Of a DNA stretch of 64,000 bases, positions 62,402-64,000 are shown one piece after another. The stretch is from Centroscyllium fabricii. Its lineage: Eukaryota. The notes beneath the pieces were generated by a model. It worked only from the letters and a program-made list of their open reading frames with translations. It was not told where the DNA came from and made no database searches. The stretch's first letter is position 1; each line of letters starts with the position of its first letter. Location of the stretch: NCBI GenBank assembly GCA_051313645.2, contig JBNRSN020000008.1, forward strand, positions 123,814,001 to 123,878,000, read 5' to 3'. Both the position numbers and the translations under genes were made by a program.

Positions 62402-63349
62402 CTGAGAATTATTTAAGAAAAGGAAATAAATGATCCTCGTTAAGAACGTCGCCACATTGAGAATCAGCATAACTAATTTTAATGGAAAACAAAGTGTCTG
62501 TCCAATTATACGTTTCTCAGTTCCTCCTTTTTCTTGAATTTTATAAAATTTGCAAGACAAGTAGCTTTAATAATTTAGTCTGTTTAAAGTTGTGATGCTG
62601 GGCAGGCCCAAGCAGATACATAATTATGGTATAATATCTCCTAACTGCAATAAACTAGTTCAACACTCATTGTAATGCCCTATGTATCACAGGAAATTGT
62701 TCTACTAATTCAAGAATGTGACAAATGATTTTGGATTCGAGAAAAATTCTAGTTGATAGAAAATAATTCATGACTGTACAATGTTCGAGTCTCACTGGCA
62801 TGTATAATCACTCAATATGCACTTTCACAGTTTGTGATGCAATCAGAAATCAGCTCCAGCTTTGTGTAAATCCTTTCACGAGATCCATTATGCTATCCGT
62901 GAAATGAGGATTGTAATACAGTTCAAAATAAGTCTGCACTACACTTTCAGTAAATGTTCAATCCAGTAAAATCGCTCGAGCTGGCAATCTTATCAAACCA
63001 GTTATGTTATTCTTAAACTTGTTCTGCTAATGTCAAAATGAGGGCTCTGAAAACACTGGAAATTCTTGTTGTTGACTGTAGTAAGCTAAAGATTGATAGA
63101 AGTAATAATCAATGTCAATAAGTTAAAGTATTAGAGAAGGTGCTTTGCTTAAAATATAAAGAGTACTCCGCAATTGAAATGAAGGTTGTCTGTAATGACC
63201 CCTTCTGGGACTGACTGCAGCTTGTCTCCCCCCACAGCAGATACAATACAAATTCAAGTTAAACTCATTGGCCTAGCCTTCCCCAGTTTTAAGAAGCAGT
63301 CTTCCATTTTGTTGAAAAGTTGGAAACAAGATTGTAAGGAGTGCAGGTG

Positions 63350-63570
63350 CCCACAGAGCTACCCAGTTCTCGAGCGTGCTGAGCTTTCTCTGGAGGAAGT
63401 GACCCACAGGAAGGGAGGCTGTCTTCAGTGCTCACCAGAGGCTCCGAAGAAAGTCATCTTAGCGTAATGGGAATAGATTGCTACTAGTGTTGGTGACCAC
63501 TCAGCTATACCGTGCACTTGGAAGCAGTGCAGTGAAACCTTCAAAGACCTTACCAGGTCAATTAAGGAAT
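63350..63570 (+). pseudogene. Degenerate Myb/SANT-like domain, probably a Harbinger accessory-gene remnant, in the last PDE11A intron
   Basis: RATQFS...LEEVTHR...WE*IATSVGDHSAIPCTWKQCSETFKDLTRSIK, with stops and frameshifts; fits the W...RT..QC...F.DL pattern. Confidence 0.55.
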
Positions 63571-64000
63571 GAGAACCCACCATCACTTTACATTAATGCT
63601 GAATACTGAGTATGTTTACACTTACAATTGCCTGCCCCTCACACAATCTTAAAGAACTTACATATTTTACAGTGAGTGCCACTGAGATCACATGGTCCCC
63701 AGCCTTCACCTGGAAGTGTTCTTTCAGTCAAATCCTTACATACTGTCAGCTCAAAAGAATCCTCCCATGTAATGCAACTGAAATTAATGTGCAGTGAGCA
63801 AGTCATCACAACTGTGGGCTACATGCTGACAGTTGGGTATTACTGCATCTTGACTTGATGACTGTAATTTCTCACTTCTTTTATTGTTCTTGCAAGAGAA
63901 AACTGCCCATAACTTACTTATCCACTTTTAACTATCCAATCATAGCCAAAGCATCTCTAGCAATGGCTTGTCTATCCATCACAGCACTGTCATCTCTGGA

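Overview
Vertebrate, TE-dense genomic DNA; HE1/V-SINE, Deu-SINE and CR1 repeats point to an elasmobranch (shark or ray). Two host genes converge tail-to-tail. The last four coding exons of AGPS lie on + (1964-31397, with a 23.5-kb last intron) and the last coding exon of PDE11A lies on - (62258-62401). No TTC30/IFT70 gene lies between them. The rest is nested mobile DNA: two Gypsy-type LTR elements, a very young non-coding element with 1.35-kb LTRs, three solo LTRs, CR1/L2/Rex1 LINEs, SINEs, DNA-transposon MITEs and Penelope-like hairpins. Three observations stand out. (1) A 3.2-kb ORF2-only LINE has a tRNA-type A/B-box head, no start AUG and no TTTT on its sense strand, so it is a candidate Pol III-transcribed, protein-coding retroelement. 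(2) A Gypsy lineage has no tRNA primer-binding site; its PBS position is complementary to its own LTR poly(A)-signal segment, and its RT motif reads YLDN. (3) A minimal hammerhead ribozyme motif sits in Penelope-like repeats. All calls were made by eye with no database searches, so family names are provisional.
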